Notes under the pieces: model-generated
The model's database searches: none
Seen by the model: the letters and a program-made list of their open reading frames with translations, nothing else
What the model was told of the DNA's origin: nothing
Made by a program: the position numbers and the translations under genes
IMG/VR virus record: IMGVR_UViG_3300032320_000838
Location: 13,760 to 77,759 of that record
Origin: a virus
Taxonomy: Duplodnaviria > Caudoviricetes
Reading direction: 5' to 3' (one strand)
DNA: 64,000 nucleotides
Part shown: in pieces, positions 9,676 to 17,165 of the stretch
Position numbering within the stretch: the stretch's first letter is position 1
Layout: the number at the start of each line of letters is the position of its first letter

Positions 9676-10071
9676 TCAGTAGTTTCCACAATCCATCAAC
9701 ATACCGTTTCCAAGATATTCCAACGCTTCATCCGTTCCACCACGAATACCTGTGTCCGTCTCCAGATAGCCAGTGAGTATGATGTTTGCATCTATATGTA
9801 TATTTCCAAAAGCATCTGGTATTAACATAATAACCTGACGCCAATTGGCATTATCTGTCCCCCCAATCAGAGTATAGAAAGCATTATTTGTACTTTCATA
9901 CACCATCATTCCAACCTGTCTACGATCACTGGATATACCTTCTCTTTCCGTCGAATCGACCACAGTGCGTAGACCACCAAGACCATACTTCGGGTTGGTT
10001 ACTGGGTAAGTGTCCAACTCCGAAGTTGGTGCAATCGGTGCAGCAACTGTGACGGTATTCGTGATTGGCAT
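9676..10071 (-). CDS. Virion/fibre-associated protein, 131 aa
   Basis: YPVTNPKYGLGGLRTV...RRQVGMMVYE block typical of phage fibre-associated domains. The last ~35 aa are near-identical to the end of the 271-aa ORF. Ends MLMDCGNY. Confidence 0.65.
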   Translation of the reverse strand: MPITNTVTVAAPIAPTSELDTYPVTNPKYGLGGLRTVVDSTEREGISSDRRQVGMMVYESTNNAFYTLIGGTDNANWRQVIMLIPDAFGNIHIDANIILTGYLETDTGIRGGTDEALEYLGNGMLMDCGNY

Positions 10072-10072
10072 A

Positions 10073-11080
10073 TCAGGTTATATTCAGAGTGAAATCTCCA
10101 TTAAGTTGATTAGTGGACTTGTATACCCTATAGGTAGAACTCGCTCCAGATGCATTCGTAAAGGTATAACTGGAAGAAACCAGAGGAAATGCTGGTGTCT
10201 GATCGGTCGTTCCTATGGATATGGATGTTATTGGGTTTAGGGAAGTGTGAACAAAAATATACACATATCCAGATCCTGCGGTAAGAGAAATACCAGATGC
10301 AGCAGGAGATGAACTGGAAGTGATGAACTGACTTGTTCCGTTGCTCAACTGTGCGTGATTTGTGATTGTAGTATGGTCGCTACTTGTGTTCTTACCGACA
10401 TAGATCTTGCTTCTCCAAGAAATCGTCTGTGTACGAGTTGCCGCGGATCCTTCTTCCTGTGCAACACTTATTGTGTATATCAAGGTAGAACCAACTGTCG
10501 TAGTGGTTATTGCTGGAGGGTTCACGGATACGGATCCAGATGATGCTGGATTTGCACCACTCAAAACGCTACCAGAAAACCCACCAGAGTACACATATGT
10601 GATGTTTGTTCCCGTTGCAGTTGCGTTGGAGATGTTCTGCAAACTCCAAGTAGGATTCAAGGCAGTAGTGGGAGATGTCTGTCCTATCTCAAATACAGTC
10701 TGAGAATAGTTCATACTGAAAGATGACACGGATACTGCCAGATATGGATACAATATCCTCTCAAGAATGTCTATTGCAGTAAGACCAGTTAGAACATCAC
10801 CCTGCTCAACACCACCTAATGTGATGTACACTGGTTCTGGGTTTGTCCAAGTTTCCGCTACTATTCCTGCGATATTATCAGCATACAGGGTTCCGCAACG
10901 AAGAATATCGACCTTGGATATGTCGTTGGTTATGATCGCTGCGTTAGGTAGTAGCGTTCCTTGTTGATCATAACCTCGCAATAGTTGACGCATTTCCGAG
11001 ATTGTAGGTCTCGGTGCATCGGGTATTGGGAAGGGCTGAGCAACTCCATTTCTTACGATGTAGTTTTGTCTCTCAGCCAT
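10073..11080 (-). CDS. Putative structural protein, 335 aa, beta-rich/Ig-like
   Basis: SD GAGGTG. Ser/Thr-rich. TWTNPEP...LGGVEQG...ILERILYPY motif. Sits in the fibre cluster. Confidence 0.6.
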   Translation of the reverse strand: MAERQNYIVRNGVAQPFPIPDAPRPTISEMRQLLRGYDQQGTLLPNAAIITNDISKVDILRCGTLYADNIAGIVAETWTNPEPVYITLGGVEQGDVLTGLTAIDILERILYPYLAVSVSSFSMNYSQTVFEIGQTSPTTALNPTWSLQNISNATATGTNITYVYSGGFSGSVLSGANPASSGSVSVNPPAITTTTVGSTLIYTISVAQEEGSAATRTQTISWRSKIYVGKNTSSDHTTITNHAQLSNGTSQFITSSSSPAASGISLTAGSGYVYIFVHTSLNPITSISIGTTDQTPAFPLVSSSYTFTNASGASSTYRVYKSTNQLNGDFTLNIT

Positions 11081-11083
11081 TTA

Positions 11084-11203
11084 TCACCTCGTATATACTA
11101 TACTCGTTTTGTTGCTCTGTATTTTGACCTTGAACACATTCACTTGATCCCTGACAGGTGTTATTTTAGGACGGACCTGCTCCGTTATTTTTATCTTGTT
11201 CAC
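11084..11203 (-). CDS. Small 39-aa ORF, not in the ORF track
   Basis: GTG start overlaps the TGA of the 129-aa gene (GTGA) and has GGAGG upstream. Fills the 119-nt gap. MNKIKITEQVRPKITPVRDQVNVFKVKIQSNKTSIVYTR. Confidence 0.6.
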   Translation of the reverse strand: MNKIKITEQVRPKITPVRDQVNVFKVKIQSNKTSIVYTR

Positions 11204-11589
11204 GGAGCCTCCACCACGAATCTACCCTTCAGCAAACAATCCACCACATCGGTACTTGTTTCCAAAAACAGGTAGTAGAAATAAGGACCAGGATAAACAG
11301 TAGTCATCGTTTCGGTGCTGATGGTGATAGTCACCTCTTCACCAGAAACCAAAATTGTTCCATAGGATCCTACAAGTGGTAAAGACAAATAACCTTCTTC
11401 GATATTGTCATCATAAGACAACTCAAAGAGATTCTTTTCCTGCGGAATGGCAGATCTTCTCACCACAAATCTTACATTTTCATATGTGGGGAGAATATCC
11501 AAAGCAGTATCATCACTTCCAAAGTACTGGAAAGCGATGGTATACTCAGAACCCTGTTCGGCATAAATGTCGTGTATTCCTGCAAGCAT
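11200..11589 (-). CDS. Beta-sandwich virion protein, 129 aa (BppU/fibre-adaptor-like)
   Basis: MLAGIHDIYAEQGSEYTIAF start and YFYYLFL...CLLKGRFVVE end are typical of this phage beta-sandwich family. Coupled to regA by TGATG. Confidence 0.55.
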   Translation of the reverse strand: MLAGIHDIYAEQGSEYTIAFQYFGSDDTALDILPTYENVRFVVRRSAIPQEKNLFELSYDDNIEEGYLSLPLVGSYGTILVSGEEVTITISTETMTTVYPGPYFYYLFLETSTDVVDCLLKGRFVVEAP

Positions 11590-11990
11590 CAGTTCTTCTT
11601 TCCTATGTGATATTTAGGAATAAGTTGCCAAGCATTCTTATCCTTAAATGGAATGATTTTAATCTGATTTATTCCTGCAAACTTACCCTCTATACGATTG
11701 GGATCCACTATTTGCAGTAAACCCCATTCCTCCAATAGAGTGGCTATTGTATTTCTTCTGGCAAGATCATTTTCGTCTATAGAAGAAGAAAGTCCATCAA
11801 GGAGAAACAACTCCTTAAAATGGACTATGTAATACTTACCCTTCTTGTGCAGGATATGGCAGGATTGCCAGAGTTTGTTTTCTGTCTTGGAGGACACACC
11901 TATTCGTGTGAGAGTTTCCTTTATTTTTAGAAAATCATCTTCTTTCGGTAGTGTAACTTCTAATAAATCGTCAACTGAAATGGTAGCCAT
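11589..11990 (-). CDS. regA: Translational repressor RegA
   Basis: DDFLKIKETLTRIGVSS...LWQSCHILHKKGKYYIVHFKELFLLDG...RRNTIATLLEEWGL...WQLIPKYHIG. Follows gp62. Confidence 0.97.
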   Translation of the reverse strand: MATISVDDLLEVTLPKEDDFLKIKETLTRIGVSSKTENKLWQSCHILHKKGKYYIVHFKELFLLDGLSSSIDENDLARRNTIATLLEEWGLLQIVDPNRIEGKFAGINQIKIIPFKDKNAWQLIPKYHIGKKN

Positions 11991-12003
11991 AATGTTCCCT
12001 CAA

Positions 12004-12030
12004 AAATAAAGGTAGATCCCTTTATTTATG
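12004..12030 (-). promoter_or_regulatory. Late promoter (CATAAATA) embedded in the 5' arm of a 9-bp hairpin upstream of regA
   Basis: Minus strand reads CATAAATAAAGG-GATCTA-CCTTTATTT-TT-GAGG-GAACATT-ATG. Arms 12004-12012 and 12019-12027 are perfectly complementary. Confidence 0.65.
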
Positions 12031-12038
12031 AAAAAACA

Positions 12039-12419
12039 TCATTTACGAGATCCGCCAATATCCATTTCTTTTTTAATATTAGAAATCTGATCCTTAGACA
12101 GAATACGAAGAGCCTCTCTGGCTCTCTTGTCCGAATATCCGAAGTAGTTCTTTACCAGTTCTATATCGTTACTTTCTTCCTTCTTTAACCACTTAGAGAA
12201 GCGTTTACGAGCACGAATGGAACCAAGGTAATAATCGTACTGAACCTTCTTGTCTAGGAAGTTCAGACGATTCATCTCGTTGGCGTGAAGTAAAGTGTCG
12301 GGGAAATACGATAAACACCTATTTACCACATACGGTGCATATGTCCTTTCCGTTTCTACATCGACCATCAAGTTCTTCTTGGAATAGTTGATGGAGTTGA
12401 GATATTCCGTCAAGTTCAT
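12039..12419 (-). CDS. gp62: Clamp loader small subunit
   Basis: YLNSINYSKKNL...YAPYVVNRCLSYFPDT...ANEMN...QYDYY...RKRFSKWLK. Adjacent to gp44. Confidence 0.95.
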   Translation of the reverse strand: MNLTEYLNSINYSKKNLMVDVETERTYAPYVVNRCLSYFPDTLLHANEMNRLNFLDKKVQYDYYLGSIRARKRFSKWLKKEESNDIELVKNYFGYSDKRAREALRILSKDQISNIKKEMDIGGSRK

Positions 12420-13369
12420 TTAAAGTTGCACTCCATCATCAACTGAACGATGCAAGCGGTGAGATTAATCTCGTGATCCGCAACAAATGCTGCTTTGTAC
12501 TGATAGTCGGCAATAATCAGAATGGCAGGAGGAATACTAGAAGGTTCCAAGTTCTCCTGTAGAGCATCATACATCTTTCGGAAGATATGTGAAGTATCGT
12601 TGTCTAGGTTCATCGTCACCCACTTACGAACATCCTGAAAGTTCTTACCCTTCATCGCCTTGATCAGTTCCTCTACGGCAATATCCCCCGCTTCGGACAG
12701 AATACCGACATCAACAGAACCTGAACGAGAATACCGCTGTAGTTCGTTGATAAGCCTACGGAAGTCGGGCGAATGCTTGACGATGAGTTTTGCAAGAACC
12801 TTCTCATCGAACTCCACCTTCTCGGAAGTGAGAATGAACTTTGCACGATCCATAAACTTGGATGCAAACTTCATCTTCTCCTTGCTGTCGAACTTAAAGT
12901 CGATGCAAGTGCAACGAGAATGAAGGGGTTCGATCACTCGGTTCTTGAAGTTGCAAGTGAGAATGAACCTACAGTTCTTGGAGAACTCCTCCATAAACCC
13001 ACGAAGAGCGGGTTGCATCGACTGTGGATTAGCATAATCAAACTCGTCTAGGATCACCGCTTTCTTGTTTCCAGAGATGGAAATACTACTGGCAAACTGA
13101 CGAATCTTTGTTCGCAGTGTGTCAATGTTTCCATCCTCAGAGCAGTTGATGAGGATCCAATCCGTGTTTAGTTCGTTGCAGAGTGCCTTTGCTACTGTGG
13201 TCTTGCCGCAACCAGGTCCACCAGACAGGAGAAGATTCTGGAGTTCACCAGAATCAACGATCTCCTGAAAGGTGTTCTTGAGGTTGTCGGGAAGAATGCA
13301 ATCGACAATCCGCTGTGGGCGATACTTCTCCACCCACAGGTAATTTGCGTTGTCTGTAATCATAATCAC
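12416..13369 (-). CDS. gp44: Clamp loader AAA+ subunit
   Basis: LWVEKYRP, Walker A GGPGCGKTT, Walker B ILDEFD, FILTCN...IEPLHSRC. Confidence 0.97.
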   Translation of the reverse strand: MIMITDNANYLWVEKYRPQRIVDCILPDNLKNTFQEIVDSGELQNLLLSGGPGCGKTTVAKALCNELNTDWILINCSEDGNIDTLRTKIRQFASSISISGNKKAVILDEFDYANPQSMQPALRGFMEEFSKNCRFILTCNFKNRVIEPLHSRCTCIDFKFDSKEKMKFASKFMDRAKFILTSEKVEFDEKVLAKLIVKHSPDFRRLINELQRYSRSGSVDVGILSEAGDIAVEELIKAMKGKNFQDVRKWVTMNLDNDTSHIFRKMYDALQENLEPSSIPPAILIIADYQYKAAFVADHEINLTACIVQLMMECNFK

Positions 13370-14067
13370 TTATTAAAGTTAGAGTCGGCTTCGAGAGCGA
13401 TCCAATAGTTTAGGTTCATCGACTGGTTGCTGAACTTACTTACAACCTTCTCACAGATCTCCACATCATAATCACCAGTGAGCAACTTGAGGTTCTCGAT
13501 CTTGAAGAACATCTCAAACGAGTTGGAACCTTCATATTCACCTACACCGATGGAATATGTGTTGCTGCTTACATCTGCCTTATCAAGGGCAGTCATACTG
13601 ATCAGAGTTCCATCATTAGTTACGGAAATATCAGACACCTGAAGAACGGATGCTGCCTTCTGCAACTCCGCAAACTTCTTCTGTGTCAGAGTGAAGTTGA
13701 TGGCAGTAGATGGCATGTTGATCTTCTTGGTCGGAACAGTGAGCAACTTTGGTTCGCAGTAGTGATACTTGACCGAACCGTTGCTGCCGCTGATGCGAAC
13801 ATACTTCTCCTCAAACTCGAACTCTGGATCATTAAACAAGGAAACCACACCAAGGAACTTGTTCAGATCCCAAATACCAAACTCGGTGTCAAAGGTTTCT
13901 TCCACGGTTGCTTCTGCCAAGACATTCTTGACGGGAGAGATAGTGGTGATCTTGTTGCCTGGATGAACAAGAATGTTGGAGTTGATGGACGCAAAGTTCT
14001 TAAGGATGTCTAGTGTCTTCTTGGAAATTTTCATCGCTGTTGTTGTGCTCATAATATATTTCTCCAA
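13366..14067 (-). CDS. gp45: Sliding clamp; likely start at 14052
   Basis: MKISKKTLDILKNFASINSNI...FGIWDLNKFL...FKIENLKLLTGDYDV...YWIALEADS. GGAG 9 nt before the ATG at 14052. Confidence 0.95.
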   Translation of the reverse strand: MEKYIMSTTTAMKISKKTLDILKNFASINSNILVHPGNKITTISPVKNVLAEATVEETFDTEFGIWDLNKFLGVVSLFNDPEFEFEEKYVRISGSNGSVKYHYCEPKLLTVPTKKINMPSTAINFTLTQKKFAELQKAASVLQVSDISVTNDGTLISMTALDKADVSSNTYSIGVGEYEGSNSFEMFFKIENLKLLTGDYDVEICEKVVSKFSNQSMNLNYWIALEADSNFNK

Positions 14068-14652
14068 TCACTTTGGATTGCTATGCTGTGTAATATACTC
14101 TATACCGTACCGCTTTTCCAGTTCTTTCTTTCTGGAATTCTCACTTACTCCTTCTTCGGAAGGAGCATAGTCGCTAAATCCTGGCATCTTAAACGGACAG
14201 GAAACCTTTGGATAATCTAGTTTGGAATACTGTGACTCACCATTAATGGTCATGTTGATCAACTGAGTGCCTTTCTTGTCTCCACAACCACAAGCACCAC
14301 AGTAATACGATCCTTCGTACTTTGCACTTTGTTTTCTTTCCGAGCAGGGAGGGAGAAGATCTGTGTTGTCCCCGTGACAACTGAAAAGCCTCAGAACCTT
14401 GGTTTCACCGCTGCATTCTTTCTTAGAAAATCCCTTGGAAAGAACTGCTTCTGCATATGTCTTTGCTTTGGCAAAGACAGAAGCATCTTTATGCTCTACT
14501 TTTTCATCTTTTAGTTTCTTGAAGGCTTCTTGCTCTTCTAGCAACTTTTTATTGATTTCTACAACATCTTCGTCGGTGAGTTTACTTTTTCTTGGATTTT
14601 CCATGGTCGTCTTCCTCGTAATCTGGGAAATCTTCTTCATCCACATTACCAA
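14068..14652 (-). CDS. Cys-rich hypothetical protein, putative metal binding; likely start at 14604
   Basis: CHG...PPC...YYCGACGC...SCP motif. GAGGAAG precedes the ATG at 14604. Confidence 0.65.
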   Translation of the reverse strand: MVMWMKKISQITRKTTMENPRKSKLTDEDVVEINKKLLEEQEAFKKLKDEKVEHKDASVFAKAKTYAEAVLSKGFSKKECSGETKVLRLFSCHGDNTDLLPPCSERKQSAKYEGSYYCGACGCGDKKGTQLINMTINGESQYSKLDYPKVSCPFKMPGFSDYAPSEEGVSENSRKKELEKRYGIEYITQHSNPK

Positions 14653-14767
14653 AAGTGAACTCTCGTAGATGCGCCTTTTCAGAGTTGCGAGTATTCTTCT
14701 TCATCTGCTTTCGTACTCGGCGGCGATCACGATCATCATAATCGTCATTATGAAAACTTCTACCCAT
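14582..14767 (-). CDS. Small highly charged hypothetical protein, 61 aa
   Basis: Fills the gap between two genes with GGA[GA]-type SD spacing. Basic N-half, acidic C-half. Confidence 0.6.
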   Translation of the reverse strand: MGRSFHNDDYDDRDRRRVRKQMKKNTRNSEKAHLREFTFGNVDEEDFPDYEEDDHGKSKKK

Positions 14768-14768
14768 A

Positions 14769-15194
14769 TTATTCCCCTAATAGATCAGGAAATGCCTTAA
14801 GGGCAAGTTCCTTGCTGATGTATGGCAATTCCGTCTTGAGAATGATCGCTTCCAAGATCGGTGTTTCCGTCCAGTGTATTATTTCCAATATGTTGGAAAG
14901 TTTTCTGTTTCGAATAGCATCATTCTTGATGTATTGATTGGTATTCAAAAAGAACGGAATACGAACATATTCCCTGTGCAGACCACTGATGCTCAACCCT
15001 ACAGGGGAATCATCTGGCCGATAAGGCGGGATGCTGGTGTATGATGTGGTGAACCTGTCATCATAGGCAAAACGAAGAAGTGCAAGAAGTGCAGTACCCT
15101 TGCTTCTTCGCAGAAAATCAATCTTGTCTTCTTCTGTTTGTAGTTTGCCTACTGTCAGGAAAATATCTGAAATAAAATCTGCTTGGGTTTTCAT
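14769..15194 (-). CDS. Conserved T4-like hypothetical protein that typically follows rnh
   Basis: ISDIF...KIDFLRR...LLRFAYD...PPYRP...ILEIIHWTE...AFPDL. TAATG coupling to rnh. Confidence 0.65.
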   Translation of the reverse strand: MKTQADFISDIFLTVGKLQTEEDKIDFLRRSKGTALLALLRFAYDDRFTTSYTSIPPYRPDDSPVGLSISGLHREYVRIPFFLNTNQYIKNDAIRNRKLSNILEIIHWTETPILEAIILKTELPYISKELALKAFPDLLGE

Positions 15195-16057
15195 TATATC
15201 AACTCATCAACGCTTTCTAGAATAAGTTTCATATTATTCTTGACAAGATAATCAAACACCTTGCCCTTGTTTCCTGCATATGGAACAGCATATTCGTTGA
15301 GAATATTCTGCTCGATGTCCTCTGGTATGTATGCAAGATCCACTAGATTTTTGTTTCTGTCGAAGTTTCTTTCGTGTTCTGGGGGAACACCATCGAACGC
15401 CCAGTCGTTTACCTTCTTTGTAGAAAGTGGCTTCTGACGCTTGGTGTCGTTCACAAAGGTGTCGTCATCCGACAGAATATTTGGCACACCGTCACCAGTG
15501 TCGCCACGGAGAATGTGTTCGAACAGATGCTTCTCGGGATTCTCGCACTTCAGAAAGTCCTTGTGAATAGGACTGAACTGCACGATATTCGGAAAGCGTT
15601 GCAGTTGCTGAAAATCCTTATCGCTAGAGACAATAAGGATCTTCTCCTGTGTGTGAAACTTCTTTGCAAGAGTGGCAATAATGTCGTCCGCTTCGCAGCG
15701 GTCAACTCGCATATTCTTGTAAGGAAAGTTCTCCATAATCTCTTGACGAATCTTGGTCAAGATTTCGAAGATCTTATCCCACTGCTCCTTGTCCTTATCA
15801 TGGGCCTTCTTACGGTTAGCCTTGTAATGTGGAAACATCTCCCTACGCCAAGGATTAGCGGAGTCCTGACAGATGACAAGATCACCGTATTCGTCCTTAA
15901 AACGAGTTCGGTACATTCTGTATGTGTTGATCACGATATGTCGAACGACATCTTCAGACACATCGTTCATATTCTTGTATTGTGAGAAGATACTTGCAAT
16001 CAAAATTTGTGTATTGTCGATGAGAATCATTTTGTAATCGCTTGCAGAATAATGCAC
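15194..16057 (-). CDS. rnh: T4-type RNase H (5'-3' exonuclease, FEN1 family)
   Basis: ILID, WRREMFPHYKANRK, EADDIIA, ILIVSSDKDFQQLQ, HILRGDTGDGVPNILS. Confidence 0.95.
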   Translation of the reverse strand: MHYSASDYKMILIDNTQILIASIFSQYKNMNDVSEDVVRHIVINTYRMYRTRFKDEYGDLVICQDSANPWRREMFPHYKANRKKAHDKDKEQWDKIFEILTKIRQEIMENFPYKNMRVDRCEADDIIATLAKKFHTQEKILIVSSDKDFQQLQRFPNIVQFSPIHKDFLKCENPEKHLFEHILRGDTGDGVPNILSDDDTFVNDTKRQKPLSTKKVNDWAFDGVPPEHERNFDRNKNLVDLAYIPEDIEQNILNEYAVPYAGNKGKVFDYLVKNNMKLILESVDELI

Positions 16058-17130
16058 TGCTCGTTGACTTTACCGTTTACTGGCTTTTCTTTTGTCTTAA
16101 TCTCGCCGAATGCGTTGTTGATGGCACGAATACCACCCAAGAACTTACTGACAGACTTCTTTGGATCTCGTACCTTCTTCATAGTGGATGTCTTGATGTC
16201 GTAGTTGAGAATCTTGTTTCCCTTGACACTCAAGCCACTTGACAGTTCCGACGAGTTGTATACAGCAACAACCTGTGTCTTGGTATTATACACCACAAGT
16301 CGGTTCGCACCGATTATTTCCGCAGGATTGATTGATTTGATGGAGAGTTCTGCAAACTCTTTCATATAAACCATCTTAGACACCAGTTGCTCTGGAGTCT
16401 TTTGCTTCTTCTTGCGGGGTTTACGATTGGTCTTCGCTACGCTCACCTGCTCCTTGGCAAGAGTGATGATCTCTGTATAGAAATCGGCATACTTTCTTAG
16501 ACCTGGTTTCGACAACCAAGAGTATGCCTCCTTCATATCCTTGTCCCCTTCTAGGGCCAGATTGATGTCATCTAGACGAGGTTGGAAATGAGTAGAAATG
16601 AAATCCGCTTGAGCGGCTTTTACTTCATGTCGCTTAAACCATTCCACAAGATCATAAGAATGCTTCTTACTGTTCTTGAGTGCCACTGCCAAGGAATCTA
16701 TTTCCAACTCCAAAGAACAAATAAGCCTATGTGCTTTTTCTTTAATGTGATCCTGTACACTCAGTTTTGGCGCATCTTCTACTGGTTTAGTAGCGGTTTT
16801 CTCCAAAAGATAGTTGATACTGTCCTTGAGTTTCTTGGATGCATCTTCTGGAAGAGACACACCACGGGACACCATTCTGCCATAAGCAGCGGCAGCGAAG
16901 TATTCGTATGCTTTCTTTGGTCCCTTGACTGCTCTGGAGATTTCATCTTTAGAAAAAGATTGCTTCTCCATATATTCCTTGATGAACTTTGGATACATCT
17001 TTGCTGGCGCATTCCTGTACCAATTAAGGGCACTAGGAATCTGGCCATCATCCGTTACATCGGGTTCGGAGCCAATAAGAACACTGATGGGATCAGATCC
17101 CTTACTGAGTGTTTTGTATCGCTTAGTCAT
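16027..17130 (-). CDS. Conserved hypothetical protein of large T4-like phages, 367 aa
   Basis: ALNWY start region and IIGANRLVVYNTKT...GLSVKGNKILNYD...KKVRDP...GKVNEQCIIL C-terminal domain. Lys-rich. Confidence 0.7.
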   Translation of the reverse strand: MTKRYKTLSKGSDPISVLIGSEPDVTDDGQIPSALNWYRNAPAKMYPKFIKEYMEKQSFSKDEISRAVKGPKKAYEYFAAAAYGRMVSRGVSLPEDASKKLKDSINYLLEKTATKPVEDAPKLSVQDHIKEKAHRLICSLELEIDSLAVALKNSKKHSYDLVEWFKRHEVKAAQADFISTHFQPRLDDINLALEGDKDMKEAYSWLSKPGLRKYADFYTEIITLAKEQVSVAKTNRKPRKKKQKTPEQLVSKMVYMKEFAELSIKSINPAEIIGANRLVVYNTKTQVVAVYNSSELSSGLSVKGNKILNYDIKTSTMKKVRDPKKSVSKFLGGIRAINNAFGEIKTKEKPVNGKVNEQCIILQAITK

Positions 17131-17136
17131 ATCAAT

Positions 17137-17164
17137 ATTCTACAACAAGATACACCGAAGTCAA
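17137..17164 (-). promoter_or_regulatory. sigma70-type promoter TTGACT-N16-TAGAAT; likely leaderless transcript of the 367-aa gene
   Basis: -35 at 17159-17164, -10 at 17137-17142. ATG begins 7 nt after the -10 box and no SD is present. Confidence 0.6.
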
Positions 17165-17165
17165 G

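Noticed and set aside
245-10071. Diversity-generating retroelement acting on the Mtd-N-like fibre genes
   Set aside because: No reverse transcriptase or Avd gene in the window. The repeated segments are internal, in-frame in both copies and not adenine-biased template/variable pairs, and no C-type-lectin C-terminus was recognised. An RT elsewhere in the genome cannot be excluded.
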